64,000 nt of DNA. Source: Longimicrobiales bacterium. Its GTDB lineage: Bacteria > Gemmatimonadota > Gemmatimonadetes > Longimicrobiales > Gaopeijiaceae. The position numbers and the translations under genes were made by a program. The DNA lies in the NCBI GenBank assembly GCA_965204735.1, contig OZ242008.1, positions 4,064,001 to 4,128,000 of the forward strand. Direction: 5' to 3'. Under the pieces are notes generated by a model. It worked only from the letters and a program-made list of their open reading frames with translations. It had not been told where the DNA came from and searched no databases. Positions within the stretch are counted from its first letter, which is position 1; the number at the start of each line of letters is the position of its first letter. Positions 50,935-60,821 of this stretch are shown piece by piece.

Positions 50935-52952
50935 CACTCCTCCGGCAGCCGCAGCGCCACCAGCGCGCCCGCCATCCCCCGTCCGCCCACGGCCATCACC
51001 ACGTACTGGACGCCTTCGTGCATGTAGGTCATCGGCGCGGTCAACGTCGAACCCGGCAGCTCGACCGCCCCCAGCTCCTCGCCCGTCGCCTTGTCCACGG
51101 CCCGGAAGACCGGCGCCGCGCCCCGGCCCTCGCCGTACATCAGGAGCGTCTTGGTCACCAGCTTGGTGGCGTGGGAGCGGGCACCGGTGTTGCCCACCTC
51201 CACGCCTTGGAGCCGCGGGTGGTTCTTCACCGACTCGGGCGTGGTGCCGTTGGGTATCTGCCATAGATGGTCGCCCGTGTTCAGGTCGATCGCGGTGATC
51301 GTCCCGTACGGCGGCTTGAAGATCGGCAGGCCCTCGGGGCCGCGCACGCCGCCCGGTCCCACCGACACCCACTCCACGTTCGACTCCGGGTCCACGTCGG
51401 TTCCGGGGACCAGCCGGGGCGCACTGCAACCCCTCGTGGACGCCACGTAGAGGACGCCCGTCTCCGGGTCCGCCGCCGCGCCGCCGGGGATGTTGGCGCC
51501 CCCGTTCGCGCCGGGACAGTGGATCGCGGCTTGCGTGCCGTCGGGCGCGTTCTCGCGCGAAGGCGGGTTGAAGAGCGGCCCCAGCCGAAAGTCCTTCACG
51601 ATCTCCAGGGCCATGGCGCGCAGCTCGGGCGTGAAGTCGATCAGGTCGTCCTCGGCCAGCCCCTGCATCTCGAAGGGAGCGGGGCGCGTCACGAACGGCT
51701 GCGTGGGCGACAGCTGCTCCCCGGGCACGTCGGACCGGGGAACCGGGCGCTCCTCGATCGGCCACACCGGTTCGCCCGTGGCACGGTCCAGGACGTAGGC
51801 CCAGCCCTGCTTGGTGACCTGCGCCAGCACGGGCACCTCTCGGCCGTCCACCGTGACGTCCACCAAGTTGGGCGCCGTCGGGTTGTCGTAGTTCCACACG
51901 TCGTGGTGCACGGTCTGGAAGTGCCAGCGCCGCTCGCCGGTGGCCACGTCGATCGCCAGGATCGTGTTGGCGAAGAGGTTGTCGCCCGGGTGGAAGCCGC
52001 CGAAGTAGTCGATCGTGGGCGGGTCGGTGACGACGTAGACCAGCCCCAGCTCCGGGTCCGCCGAGAGGGGCGCCCACGCCGACACGTTGCCGGTTCGCTT
52101 CCAGGCGTCGTTCTCCCAGGTGTCGTTGCCGAACTCGCCCTCCTGCGGGATCACGTTGAAGGTCCAGAGGTGCTCGCCGGTGACGGCGTCGTAGCCCAGG
52201 ATGTTGCCGGGGACGTTCTCCTGGCGCGTCTGGTAGTAGCCCTGCTCGTGCGAGTTGCCGACCACGACCACGCCGTTCACGACGATCGGCGGCGACGAGT
52301 TGGTGATGTAGCCGGTGGCGGGGTCGAGTCCCTTGTCCCGGTCGTGGGGCCAGGGACCCAGACTGTCCAGAAGGTCCACCACGCCCCCTTCGCCGAACGA
52401 CTCGACGGGGTAGCCGGTGTCGGGGTCCAGGGCGTGAAGGAAGAACGCCGGGGTGACCAGGTAGATTACGCCCCGGCCGTCCACCTCGGCGTAGGCGACG
52501 CCCTTGCCGTAGTTCTTCCGCATCGAGTCCTCCCAGCGCTTGGTGGGCGGCTCGCGGAAGGTCCAGAGCGTCTCGCCGGTGGCGGGGTCGATCGCGACGG
52601 CGGTGCGGCGCGAGCCGGCCACCGAGTACAGCGTGCCGTCCACGTAGATCGGCGTGGCCCGGAGCAAGGGGTCCGCCTCGGGGCCGAAGTTGTCGCCCCG
52701 CCACGTCCACGCCACCTCCAAGTCGCCGAAGTTGGAGGCGTCGATCTGGTCCAGGGGCGAGTACCGCGTGCTGGCGGCGTCGCTGCCCCAGTACCGCCAC
52801 TCGCCGTCCTGGGCTTGCAGGGCTTTCGGGACGGCCGACAGGGGACCGGCCGCGAGGATGCCGGCCCAGGCCACGGCCACGGCTGCGCTTCGGCGCCGGC
52901 CTCCTGCCAGACGCTGGAGACGGGGGAGTCCGAACTCGGCGGCATGGGGCAT
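50934..52952 (-). CDS. PQQ-dependent (quinoprotein glucose dehydrogenase-like) beta-propeller enzyme
   Basis: RYSPLDQI, ATPIYVDG, WHFQTVHHDVWNYD, LDRATGEPVWPIEE, KPPYG, APMTY. Confidence 0.85.
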   Translation of the reverse strand: MPHAAEFGLPRLQRLAGGRRRSAAVAVAWAGILAAGPLSAVPKALQAQDGEWRYWGSDAASTRYSPLDQIDASNFGDLEVAWTWRGDNFGPEADPLLRATPIYVDGTLYSVAGSRRTAVAIDPATGETLWTFREPPTKRWEDSMRKNYGKGVAYAEVDGRGVIYLVTPAFFLHALDPDTGYPVESFGEGGVVDLLDSLGPWPHDRDKGLDPATGYITNSSPPIVVNGVVVVGNSHEQGYYQTRQENVPGNILGYDAVTGEHLWTFNVIPQEGEFGNDTWENDAWKRTGNVSAWAPLSADPELGLVYVVTDPPTIDYFGGFHPGDNLFANTILAIDVATGERRWHFQTVHHDVWNYDNPTAPNLVDVTVDGREVPVLAQVTKQGWAYVLDRATGEPVWPIEERPVPRSDVPGEQLSPTQPFVTRPAPFEMQGLAEDDLIDFTPELRAMALEIVKDFRLGPLFNPPSRENAPDGTQAAIHCPGANGGANIPGGAAADPETGVLYVASTRGCSAPRLVPGTDVDPESNVEWVSVGPGGVRGPEGLPIFKPPYGTITAIDLNTGDHLWQIPNGTTPESVKNHPRLQGVEVGNTGARSHATKLVTKTLLMYGEGRGAAPVFRAVDKATGEELGAVELPGSTLTAPMTYMHEGVQYVVMAVGGRGMAGALVALRLPEE

Positions 52953-53172
52953 CGCGGCTCTTTCCTTCGGCTGGGGATCTACCGGCGGCTGGGGGATATA
53001 CCGGCGCTGCCAGCCCTGACGGCCGGAGCGCTCTTCGCAGCATACTACTTCCCGGCGGCAACGCTGGCCAGCGGAACCAGGGGCGCGCTTTGGCGGCTGC
53101 TTGGCTCGCCGCTCCTCACGCCAGGAGGCGGCCCGCCGCCCCTCACGCCCAGGAGGCGCGCGCTTCACAGCG

Positions 53173-54207
53173 TCACGGCGGCGGAAGCTCGCCGTCCAGC
53201 TCCATGTAGACGCGTGCTATCGCCCGAGCGGCTTGGCTGGAGCGCAGCGACCACTCCTCCAGCTCCCCGAAGTCGGCGTGCTCGACCGCTTCTTCCAAGG
53301 TCAGCCCCGCGGTGTGGAGCCGCGTCGCCTCGTCCACCACCTGCGCGACCGCCCGGCGGAAGACCTCCAGCTCCGCCTCGAGCACGGGGGGCGAGTCCAC
53401 GAAGCCGTGGCCGGGGACGTACACATCCGCGTCCATCGCCTGGGCCGCCTTGATCATAGCGACCCACTCCGACGGGAAGGCCGACCGCATCGCCGGGAAG
53501 ATCCGGTGCAGGTACGCCTCGCTCATGAAGAGCACCCCTTCCCGGGGCAGGTGGACGACCAGGTCGCCGCCCGTGTGAGCCCGTCCCAGGAAGAGGATGC
53601 GCACTTCCGTGCCGCCCAAGTTCAGGGTCCGGCTCGTCTCCACGATCTCGTTGGGGAGGACGACGGGAGGCGCGTCGGCAGGTCGTCCGGCCCGGCCGGC
53701 CGCCGCCTCCAGCGCCGCCGCCGAAGTCGGATGAGCGTAGAAGCGGGCGTCGGGCGGGAACTCGCTGTTGCCGGCGGTGTGGTCGCCGTGGTCCGAGCAG
53801 ATCACCACGTGGGCGATGGGCTGGTCGGTGATGCCGGCAATCGTCTCCACCAGCCGTCGCGTCTCCTCCGGGCTCCCCTGCCCGTCGGCCACGAGGACGC
53901 CTTCGTCGGTCGTCACGAACATGCTGACGGTGGTGAAGAGCTCGTCGCCGGCGGAACGAAGCTGCTCGTAGGAGTAGACCCCTGGCGCCAGCTCCTGGAC
54001 CCGCGGAAAGTCGTGCACCGAGTAGCCTCGGGCGACGGGGTCGGCCGTGCGGACGGCCTCGGGCGGCTGGACGTGCGCCGACTGGCCTTCGGCCGATCCG
54101 CCGGAGGAAGGCTCGCCGGAGGGTTGGCCGCAGGCGGTCACGGCGGCCGCGGCCGCAAGGCACGTCGCGAAGACGGCTTCCATGGATCGGGCGACTCGTC
54201 GGGGCAT
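53173..54207 (-). CDS. MBL-fold metallo-hydrolase, probable lipoprotein, atypical SDHGDH motif
   Basis: ICSDHGDHTAGN, AHTGGD, VPGHG; VTAC lipobox. Confidence 0.8.
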   Translation of the reverse strand: MPRRVARSMEAVFATCLAAAAAVTACGQPSGEPSSGGSAEGQSAHVQPPEAVRTADPVARGYSVHDFPRVQELAPGVYSYEQLRSAGDELFTTVSMFVTTDEGVLVADGQGSPEETRRLVETIAGITDQPIAHVVICSDHGDHTAGNSEFPPDARFYAHPTSAAALEAAAGRAGRPADAPPVVLPNEIVETSRTLNLGGTEVRILFLGRAHTGGDLVVHLPREGVLFMSEAYLHRIFPAMRSAFPSEWVAMIKAAQAMDADVYVPGHGFVDSPPVLEAELEVFRRAVAQVVDEATRLHTAGLTLEEAVEHADFGELEEWSLRSSQAARAIARVYMELDGELPPP

Positions 54208-54364
54208 GGTCCTAATCTTTGCTTCAAAGCTCGGTTCGCGCCACAAAGAGCGCCCCTGGCGTCCGCTGCGTCCGCTCGGAGACCTCGCTCGGTTCGCCGG
54301 GAGGGGTCGTCCGCGCTAGAATAGGGTTCGCCAAACAGCCCCGAGACTCCAAGGAGGCGTCAAG

Positions 54365-55309
54365 ATGAAGAACGGACGGTGGTTCCCTTCGGCGACCGCA
54401 TGGCGGGCAACGGTTTCTGCGCTGGCGCTCGCGGCGTGGTTGCCGCCGGTCGCCGGGCACGCCCAGCAGCGCGGCAGAGACCTGACCCCGGAGCAGCGCG
54501 CCGCCCGCGCCGCCGAGATGGAAGCGGCGTTCCAGGCCGACATGGCGATGGAGCGGCCCATCGAGGCGCTGAACACGGTGTGGATCGAGGAGATGACCTG
54601 GATGGAGGTCCGGGACGCCCTTCGAGACGGCAAGACCACCGCCATCGTCTCCACCGGCGGGATCGAGCAGAACGGTCCCTACCTGGCGACGGGGAAGCAC
54701 AACTACGTGCTGGCGGGCGCGTGCGAGGGGATCGCGAGGAAGCTGGGGAACGCGCTGTGCGCACCGGTGCTCAAGCTGGTGCCGGAAGGCGCCATCGAGC
54801 CGGAGAAGACGGGCCACATGCGCTATCCGGGCACGATCAGCCTGCAAGAGGAGACCTATCGCGCCGTGCTGGACGACGTGGCGAGCAGCCTCCGCGCCCA
54901 CGGCTTCACCGACGTCGTCTTCATCGGCGACAGCGGGGGCAACCAGCGGGGAATGGAGGCGGTGGCGGCGACGCTGAACGAGCGCTGGGACGGCGAGGGC
55001 CGGGCCCACTTCGTGCCCGAGTTCTACCGCTACGCCGACGTCCGGAGCTGGATGAACGAGGAGCTGGGCATCGAGCAGCCGACCGACGACGGCTTCCACG
55101 ACGACTTCGTGATCACGGCGATCATGATGGTGGAGGACCCGGCGATGGTGCGCCACGCCCAGCGGGTGGCGGCGGGGAAGGCGTCGATCAACGGCGTCAG
55201 CATCGCCGACAAGGAGGACGCGATCGAGACGGGCCGGAAGCTGCTGGGCTTCCGCGTGGACCAGACGGTCAAGGCGATCCGGGCGGCAGTCGCGGGATCG
55301 ATGCAGTAG
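54365..55309 (+). CDS. Creatininase family protein (secreted)
   Basis: EEMTWMEV, GGIEQNGP, PGTISL, DSGGN. Confidence 0.8.
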   Translation: MKNGRWFPSATAWRATVSALALAAWLPPVAGHAQQRGRDLTPEQRAARAAEMEAAFQADMAMERPIEALNTVWIEEMTWMEVRDALRDGKTTAIVSTGGIEQNGPYLATGKHNYVLAGACEGIARKLGNALCAPVLKLVPEGAIEPEKTGHMRYPGTISLQEETYRAVLDDVASSLRAHGFTDVVFIGDSGGNQRGMEAVAATLNERWDGEGRAHFVPEFYRYADVRSWMNEELGIEQPTDDGFHDDFVITAIMMVEDPAMVRHAQRVAAGKASINGVSIADKEDAIETGRKLLGFRVDQTVKAIRAAVAGSMQ

Positions 55310-55362
55310 CCGAGCAAGGACGAACACGAGCACGGAACCAGGAACCAAAGGAGACGGATCGA

Positions 55363-55956
55363 ATGCGCGGACTCATCCTGCCGGCCTTGGCGCTCGCCGC
55401 GATCGTTGCGGCCGCGCCGGGGGACGCGAAGGCGCAGGAAGCGGGGGCGGGCCTCGTCGAAGTGGGCGCGATGGCGCCGGAGATCGAGATGACGGGCGCG
55501 ACGCGCCACGGCGTCCTGCGGGACAAGATCAAGCTCAGCGACTACCGCGGGGAGACGGTGGTGCTGGCGTTCTTCTTTCGAGTAAGGACGCGTGGCTGAA
55601 CGGTCCAGATGAGAGCGTACCGTGATCAGTACGCAGAGCTTTTCAACGAGGGCCGGAACGTGGTGCTGCTGGGCGTGTCCAACGACTCGCCCGAGGAGCT
55701 TGCCTCCTGGCTGAAGGACGAGGACTTCCCCTTCGTCTTCGGAAGCGACGCCGAGAACGACGGGGCGTCCTACGCGGCGTTCGGCGGCGGTCTGCGGGAC
55801 AACGGGATGGTGGACAGCCGAGCCGTGATCGTGGTAGGTCCCGACGGCCGGGTCGCCAAGGTGATTCCCCAGTTCAACCAAGTGGACCCTGCGGCGTACG
55901 ACGAGCTGGCGGCAGCGATCGACGAGGTGACCCCCGAACCGGAGGGAGCGGGCTAG
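55363..55956 (+). CDS. Peroxiredoxin (AhpC/TSA, BCP-like), probable selenoprotein with in-frame UGA at 55597
   Basis: Signal peptide, KLSDYRGETVVLAFF..TRG[TGA]TVQM, continuing in frame through GVSND...R...VGPDG. Hairpin 15 nt after the TGA. Confidence 0.85.
55615..55634 (+). promoter_or_regulatory. Candidate bacterial SECIS hairpin
   Basis: GCGTAC-CGTGATCA-GTACGC stem-loop downstream of the in-frame TGA. Confidence 0.55.
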
Positions 55957-56049
55957 TCCCCAGGCGGCCGAGCTGGGCGGGCGCGACTAGGCGGGCGCGA
56001 CGTGCTTCGCTACGCTCCGCCGGAGAAGGCTAGTCCCACAGGTGCCGGG

Positions 56050-56730
56050 CTAGGCGCCGCCGATCATCGCTTCCACGGCTCCGACCAAGTCCTGCTCCGG
56101 GCCGGTGCCTGCATAGGCGACCCGGCCGTCGCCGTCCACCAGCACGACGATCGAGGTGGTGAGGGCTTGGTAGGCCCGCACCGCTTCTCCCGAGGCGTCG
56201 TAGACGTACGGGTAGCCGGGCGAGTGCCGCTCCACGTGGCGACGCACCCGGCGACGGGACTGGGCCACGGCCACGGCCACGGCCACTACGCCGACCTGAC
56301 CGGCCCACCGTTCCCGCACTGCGTCCAGCTGAGGCTGCAGGGCCTCGCACTGCTCGCACCAGGAGGCCCAGAACTCGATCAAGGCCGGCCGTCCGCCGGT
56401 CACGCCCGCCATGTCCAAAAGGGATACGGCGGCGCCCTCCAGGTCTTCGACCGTGGCATCGGGCGCGGGCGTGCCGACGGGAAGGGCGACTCCCTCTTGG
56501 GCGGCCAAGGGCCAAGCCGTCGCCGCCGTCGAGACGAGGGCGCCGGAGAGGAGGCCGCCGCCGACGGCCACGGCGAAGGCGGCTCGGGTTGCCAGCGAGA
56601 CGGCTCGGGTCGCCAAGACGGTTCGGGGCGCCAGCGGGCCGGTTCGGGGCGCCAACGACACGACTCGCGCCGCCAGCGAGACGGCTCGCGGCGCCCCCGC
56701 GGTGGAGTTGCTCGGATCGGGTCTGGTCAC
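56050..56730 (-). CDS. TlpA-like thiol:disulfide oxidoreductase
   Basis: FWASWCEQC, VLVDGDG. N-terminal 21-bp repeats; start uncertain. Confidence 0.8.
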   Translation of the reverse strand: MTRPDPSNSTAGAPRAVSLAARVVSLAPRTGPLAPRTVLATRAVSLATRAAFAVAVGGGLLSGALVSTAATAWPLAAQEGVALPVGTPAPDATVEDLEGAAVSLLDMAGVTGGRPALIEFWASWCEQCEALQPQLDAVRERWAGQVGVVAVAVAVAQSRRRVRRHVERHSPGYPYVYDASGEAVRAYQALTTSIVVLVDGDGRVAYAGTGPEQDLVGAVEAMIGGA

Positions 56731-56792
56731 GGTGACCTCGGAAGATCGAGAACGGGGGAAAGCGCCGGAGAAGTTGCGGACGAAGCGCCGAA

Positions 56793-57512
56793 TCAAAGGT
56801 TGAAGCCGGCCTGGATGAAGTAGTACTCCGCGACGCCCAGCATGACGACCGCCGCGACCTTCTTCACCGCCGCCATCCACCTTCCCGAACGCGGCAGCGC
56901 GGCCACGGCGCCCGAGAAGAGGCCCACCACCACCAGCAGCGCGGTCATTCCCAGCGAGAAGACGAAGAGGTAGGCGAAGCCCATCAGCCCGGCCCCCGTG
57001 GCGGCGACCCACGCCAGCACGGCCCCGAAGGCCGGGGCGCCGCAGGGGGCGGCCACGACCCCGGAGGTCGCGCCCAGCACGAACACGGCGCCGTAGGAGC
57101 CCCCTTCCCGGCTTGCGGCCCACGCCAGCAGCCGCTTCGGCACGGGCACGGGCAGGACGTCGAGCATGGCCAGGGCGAACACCAGCAGGAGGTTGCCGAT
57201 GGCGAAGAGGGCCCACGGGCTGGCGCTCACGGTGCCGAAGAGGGTTCCCGTGAGCCCCGCGACGGTGCCCAGGACGGCGTAGAGCAAGGCCAAGCCGGCC
57301 GCGTAGGTCGCGGTGAGCCCCGCCGTGCGCCAGGGGCGGCCCTCCTGGGCGGTGCCCGAGATCACCGACGCGGTGATCGGGATCATGGGGTAGACGCACG
57401 GCGTGAGGCTGGTCAGCACGCCGGCGCCGAAGAGCACGGCCAGGGCCAGCAGGGGACTCGAGCCCAGGGCGGCGGAGAGGCCGCCCGCGGGCTCGAGCTG
57501 AAGAACGGTCAC
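56793..57512 (-). CDS. CcdA/DsbD transmembrane disulfide-interchange protein
   Basis: TSLTPCVYPMIP and AAPCGAP in TM helices. Confidence 0.85.
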   Translation of the reverse strand: MTVLQLEPAGGLSAALGSSPLLALAVLFGAGVLTSLTPCVYPMIPITASVISGTAQEGRPWRTAGLTATYAAGLALLYAVLGTVAGLTGTLFGTVSASPWALFAIGNLLLVFALAMLDVLPVPVPKRLLAWAASREGGSYGAVFVLGATSGVVAAPCGAPAFGAVLAWVAATGAGLMGFAYLFVFSLGMTALLVVVGLFSGAVAALPRSGRWMAAVKKVAAVVMLGVAEYYFIQAGFNL

Positions 57513-57543
57513 CGTGCCGGGACGTCCGCTCCCGGCGCCAAGG

Positions 57544-58716
57544 TCACTTCCCCCGCCTCTTGGCCTTTCGGCCCGAGCTTCCGCTGCGGGCGGGAGGCGG
57601 CGAAGTGCGGCTCCCCCCGCTGCTGCCGATCGTGGAGCGGCCCGAGCCCGAACCGAACGGCTGGCTGGAAGGCGCCACGGCGGCGGCCCCGCCTCGCCGG
57701 TACCCCTTGCCCGCGACCACTCGGCCCCCCGCCGCCGGCAGCTTGCGGTCCACGTTCACCACGACCGGCGTGTAGCCGTAGCCGTAGCCCCAGTTCCGCC
57801 AGCCCCCGTAGCCGTAGCCCCCGTAGCCGAACCTGCTGTAGCGGGAGTAGCCATAGCCGTAGCCGTAGTAGGGGTCGTAGTAGCCTGTCGGGTCGAGCCA
57901 GATCGGCCGGCCGGCGCGTCGCGCCCCGGCGTATTCGTCGGGCGCCGGGCGACCGCGGTTCAGGGCGAAGCGCTCGGGAAACGAGACCGCCACCACCACG
58001 TCCACCACGTCTTCGGGGACCCCGGCGTCGGCCATGCGGATCAGGTCGTCGGCGTCCAGTCCCCGGAACTCCTGGCCCAGCTCGGCCACCCACGCCTCGA
58101 CCGCCTTGCCGTCCACGTTGCGCGCCGCGTCGATCACGTCCGCCACGTCGATCGGCGCCGTGGCGCGGGCCGCGGCGGCGCCCCCGGCGAAGGGACGCGC
58201 TCCGGTGCGGATTCCGAGCTCCGCCAGCACGTCGTCGTCGGCCCGCTGGTACCACCGGGACCAAGCCGTGGTCCCGCCGTTCGCCTCCATCGCGCGCACG
58301 TCCACCCACTCGTCGAGCGCGGGCATGGAGATGATCCCCGTGCTCCGCCGAAGCGACCCGCCCTGGCAGGTGACGGCAGAGGCCGTGTAGATGCGCTGCC
58401 CGTCCGACGACGCCCGAGCCGTCTCCGTCCCGCGGCACTCGTCCTGCTCGACGGAGCGCTCCCTGCCGTCCACCGAGAAGGGTTCCCGGTACTCGACGGC
58501 GCCGTCCACCACCGTCAGCATCTCGACCCGGCCGTCGGTCGGGACGAAGCAGAGCACGCCCTCGCCGGGGACCACGTCCAGAGCTTCCCAGCAGCCGATG
58601 TAGGGCTGTAGCGCCAGCGCCTCCTGAGCCTGCGCCCGGTGGTCCGCCGGAGCGGCCAGCGTCGCGGCGGCGACCAGGGCCGCCAAGCTTGCCGTTGTCG
58701 TCTTCGTCTTCCTCAT
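57544..58716 (-). CDS. Hypothetical secreted protein with Tyr/Gly-rich segment
   Basis: Signal peptide, YGYGY repeats, Ser/Gly tail. Confidence 0.6.
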   Translation of the reverse strand: MRKTKTTTASLAALVAAATLAAPADHRAQAQEALALQPYIGCWEALDVVPGEGVLCFVPTDGRVEMLTVVDGAVEYREPFSVDGRERSVEQDECRGTETARASSDGQRIYTASAVTCQGGSLRRSTGIISMPALDEWVDVRAMEANGGTTAWSRWYQRADDDVLAELGIRTGARPFAGGAAAARATAPIDVADVIDAARNVDGKAVEAWVAELGQEFRGLDADDLIRMADAGVPEDVVDVVVAVSFPERFALNRGRPAPDEYAGARRAGRPIWLDPTGYYDPYYGYGYGYSRYSRFGYGGYGYGGWRNWGYGYGYTPVVVNVDRKLPAAGGRVVAGKGYRRGGAAAVAPSSQPFGSGSGRSTIGSSGGSRTSPPPARSGSSGRKAKRRGK

Positions 58717-58745
58717 CGTCGTTCTCCTTTCGGCTGGAACCGGGA

Positions 58746-59552
58746 TCATAGCCTGATGGACACGCCGGCCGTCGCCAGGAAGCCTGCCAAGTCCAGGTCG
58801 GCAAACCCCACGAAGTCGGCTTCAAGAGGCGCCTTGGCGAATCCGTAGCGGGCCTCTCCGGTCAGGGCCACGCGGGGTCCCAGGCTCACTTCCGCGCCAC
58901 CCATCAAATGTACGGTCGGCGCCCGTCCGTCGGAAACAAAGCTGTCCTCGAAGATCTCTTCGGTCTCGTAGTCGACGAACTCGCCGAACTGGCTGAAGCG
59001 GTACCACACGAAGCCGCCCGCCGCCCCGACGTAGGCGTTCCACTTCCGCGGAATCCAGGCGAAGCGACCGACGGAGCGCCCCCGCTCCCACAGGTACGCC
59101 TTCACGCCGGCGGTCGCGGGGATGGTCCTGAACTCGGTGTTCTGGACGATGGGCAGGTCGTCCACGCCCACCCAGTCCCGGAACTCGGACTCGGTCCTGG
59201 ACCGGGAGAACCCGACGCCGACCACGACGTCCAGGCGCTCGCCGACCCGCACCCCCAGGTCTCCGGCGAAGTGCAGTCCTCCGAAGTCGCTCGTCTCCGT
59301 CGTGAGCTCCTTCCTGGTGAAGTCCCACAGGCTCTCTCCACCGTTGCCTCCCCCGGCGCGCGGCATGTGGTACCCCGCCCTCACCGTCAGCGAAGCGTAG
59401 GGCGCGCCCAGCAGGAAGCCCCGGGCCGACTGGGCCGCAGCCTCGGGCGTCGCCAGCCCCGACGCCGCCCCGCCGATCGCCAGCGCTACGGCTGCGGTTG
59501 CAGCGCCGGCGAGTCTTCCCCACCCCTTCCGTTGCCTCGTCCTGCAAGTCAT
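58746..59552 (-). CDS. Outer-membrane beta-barrel protein
   Basis: Signal peptide, alternating beta strands, GEARY, terminal AGVSIRL. Confidence 0.65.
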   Translation of the reverse strand: MTCRTRQRKGWGRLAGAATAAVALAIGGAASGLATPEAAAQSARGFLLGAPYASLTVRAGYHMPRAGGGNGGESLWDFTRKELTTETSDFGGLHFAGDLGVRVGERLDVVVGVGFSRSRTESEFRDWVGVDDLPIVQNTEFRTIPATAGVKAYLWERGRSVGRFAWIPRKWNAYVGAAGGFVWYRFSQFGEFVDYETEEIFEDSFVSDGRAPTVHLMGGAEVSLGPRVALTGEARYGFAKAPLEADFVGFADLDLAGFLATAGVSIRL

Positions 59553-59798
59553 TTCATGCCTCCCGCTGCGGTGGTCGATCATGCGCCGACACCAAATGTG
59601 AAGCAAGAATCATGCCAGCGTTCCGGAGCGGATCGACGCGGCGAGCGGATTCTTCGTCTGCTGCGGGCTGCACGCCCTTGGGGGGCGGATCGACGCGACG
59701 AGCCAGCCCGTCGCGGAACTCTCGGCGGAACCGGCGCCGTCCACCATTTGCGACACCAGCCGTCACGTTTTCGCGACACGAGGCTTGCCGGACCGGCG

Positions 59799-60722
59799 TC
59801 AGCCCTCGTCGCCCGCCCGCAGCGTCCGGTCCAGGTAGGACTTGAGGCGCGTCCATGCGTCGGCGGCGGGCGCGGCGCGAACGTCCGGGTCCTCGTCCAC
59901 CCGGAGCCAGAAGCCGTGGTTCACGTCGTCGTAGACGTGCAGGTCGTGCTCGACGCCGGCGGCCCGCAGCGCGCTCTCGAAGGCCGCGACCGACTCGGGG
60001 GAAGGTCCGTTGTCCAGGGCAGCGAACGTTCCGTAGACCTCGTGGTCGAGCCGGGCCAGCGCTTCGGGGTCGTCCACCAGTCGGCCGTAGAAGATCGCCG
60101 TGGCCTCGTGGTTCTCTCCGTCCAGTCCGAAGGAAAGCGCCACGCCTCCGCCGAAGCACCAGCCCATGGCGCCGACGCGGCCGGTCACGTCGGTGCGGCC
60201 CTTCAGGTAGGCGACGGCGGCGTTCAGGTTCGCGATCATCTTGGCGGGGTCGGACTGGGCTTCCCGCACCAGTGCCATGTTCTCGTCCCGGTTCGAGCCG
60301 GTGCGGCCTTGAAACAGGTCGGCCGCCAGGGTCACGTAGCCCTCGTCGGCGAAGTCGTCGGCCAGCTGCCGGACCCGGTCCTGCAGCCCGTTCCACTCGT
60401 GGATGATCACCAGCGCCGGGAACGGTCCGTCGCCGGCGGGGACGGCCAGGTAGCCCGTGGTCAGGGCGTCGCCGTCCACGTAGGAGAGGTCTGCGCCTTC
60501 CAGCGCGCCGCCTTGGCCGGTGATGGCGGGGGGCAGCTGGGCGACGGACTCGGCGGAGGCAGCGGCGGAAGCGCCGGCGGACTCGGCGCCTTGGCCAGCG
60601 TCCTCTTCGGGAGGGGCGCCGGTGCAGGCGGCGAGGGTCAGGGCGACGGCGAGCGGCCTGGCGACGGCGAACGGGACGCTGCAGCGGGAGGCGCGGCGGC
60701 GGGCTTCGGCAAGAGGATTCAT
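59799..60722 (-). CDS. Dienelactone hydrolase family lipoprotein
   Basis: HEWNG, GWCFGG, HGF; LAAC lipobox. Confidence 0.85.
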   Translation of the reverse strand: MNPLAEARRRASRCSVPFAVARPLAVALTLAACTGAPPEEDAGQGAESAGASAAASAESVAQLPPAITGQGGALEGADLSYVDGDALTTGYLAVPAGDGPFPALVIIHEWNGLQDRVRQLADDFADEGYVTLAADLFQGRTGSNRDENMALVREAQSDPAKMIANLNAAVAYLKGRTDVTGRVGAMGWCFGGGVALSFGLDGENHEATAIFYGRLVDDPEALARLDHEVYGTFAALDNGPSPESVAAFESALRAAGVEHDLHVYDDVNHGFWLRVDEDPDVRAAPAADAWTRLKSYLDRTLRAGDEG

Positions 60723-60821
60723 GGCGTGCGACCTCGGCTGTTGGGGCGTGCCCGCTGGTCGACTTCTCCGTATAGTGTCCAAGGCGGGCCGAGACCCACC
60801 ATTAACCTGGAGGAGCACGAA

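Noticed and set aside
53105..53162. Two-copy ~25-bp direct repeat between the MBL and PQQ genes
   Set aside because: Only two imperfect GC-rich copies; no function can be supported.
55597..55599. Nonsense mutation making the peroxiredoxin a pseudogene
   Set aside because: The TGA falls exactly at the catalytic Cys position with a downstream hairpin, so selenocysteine is more parsimonious.
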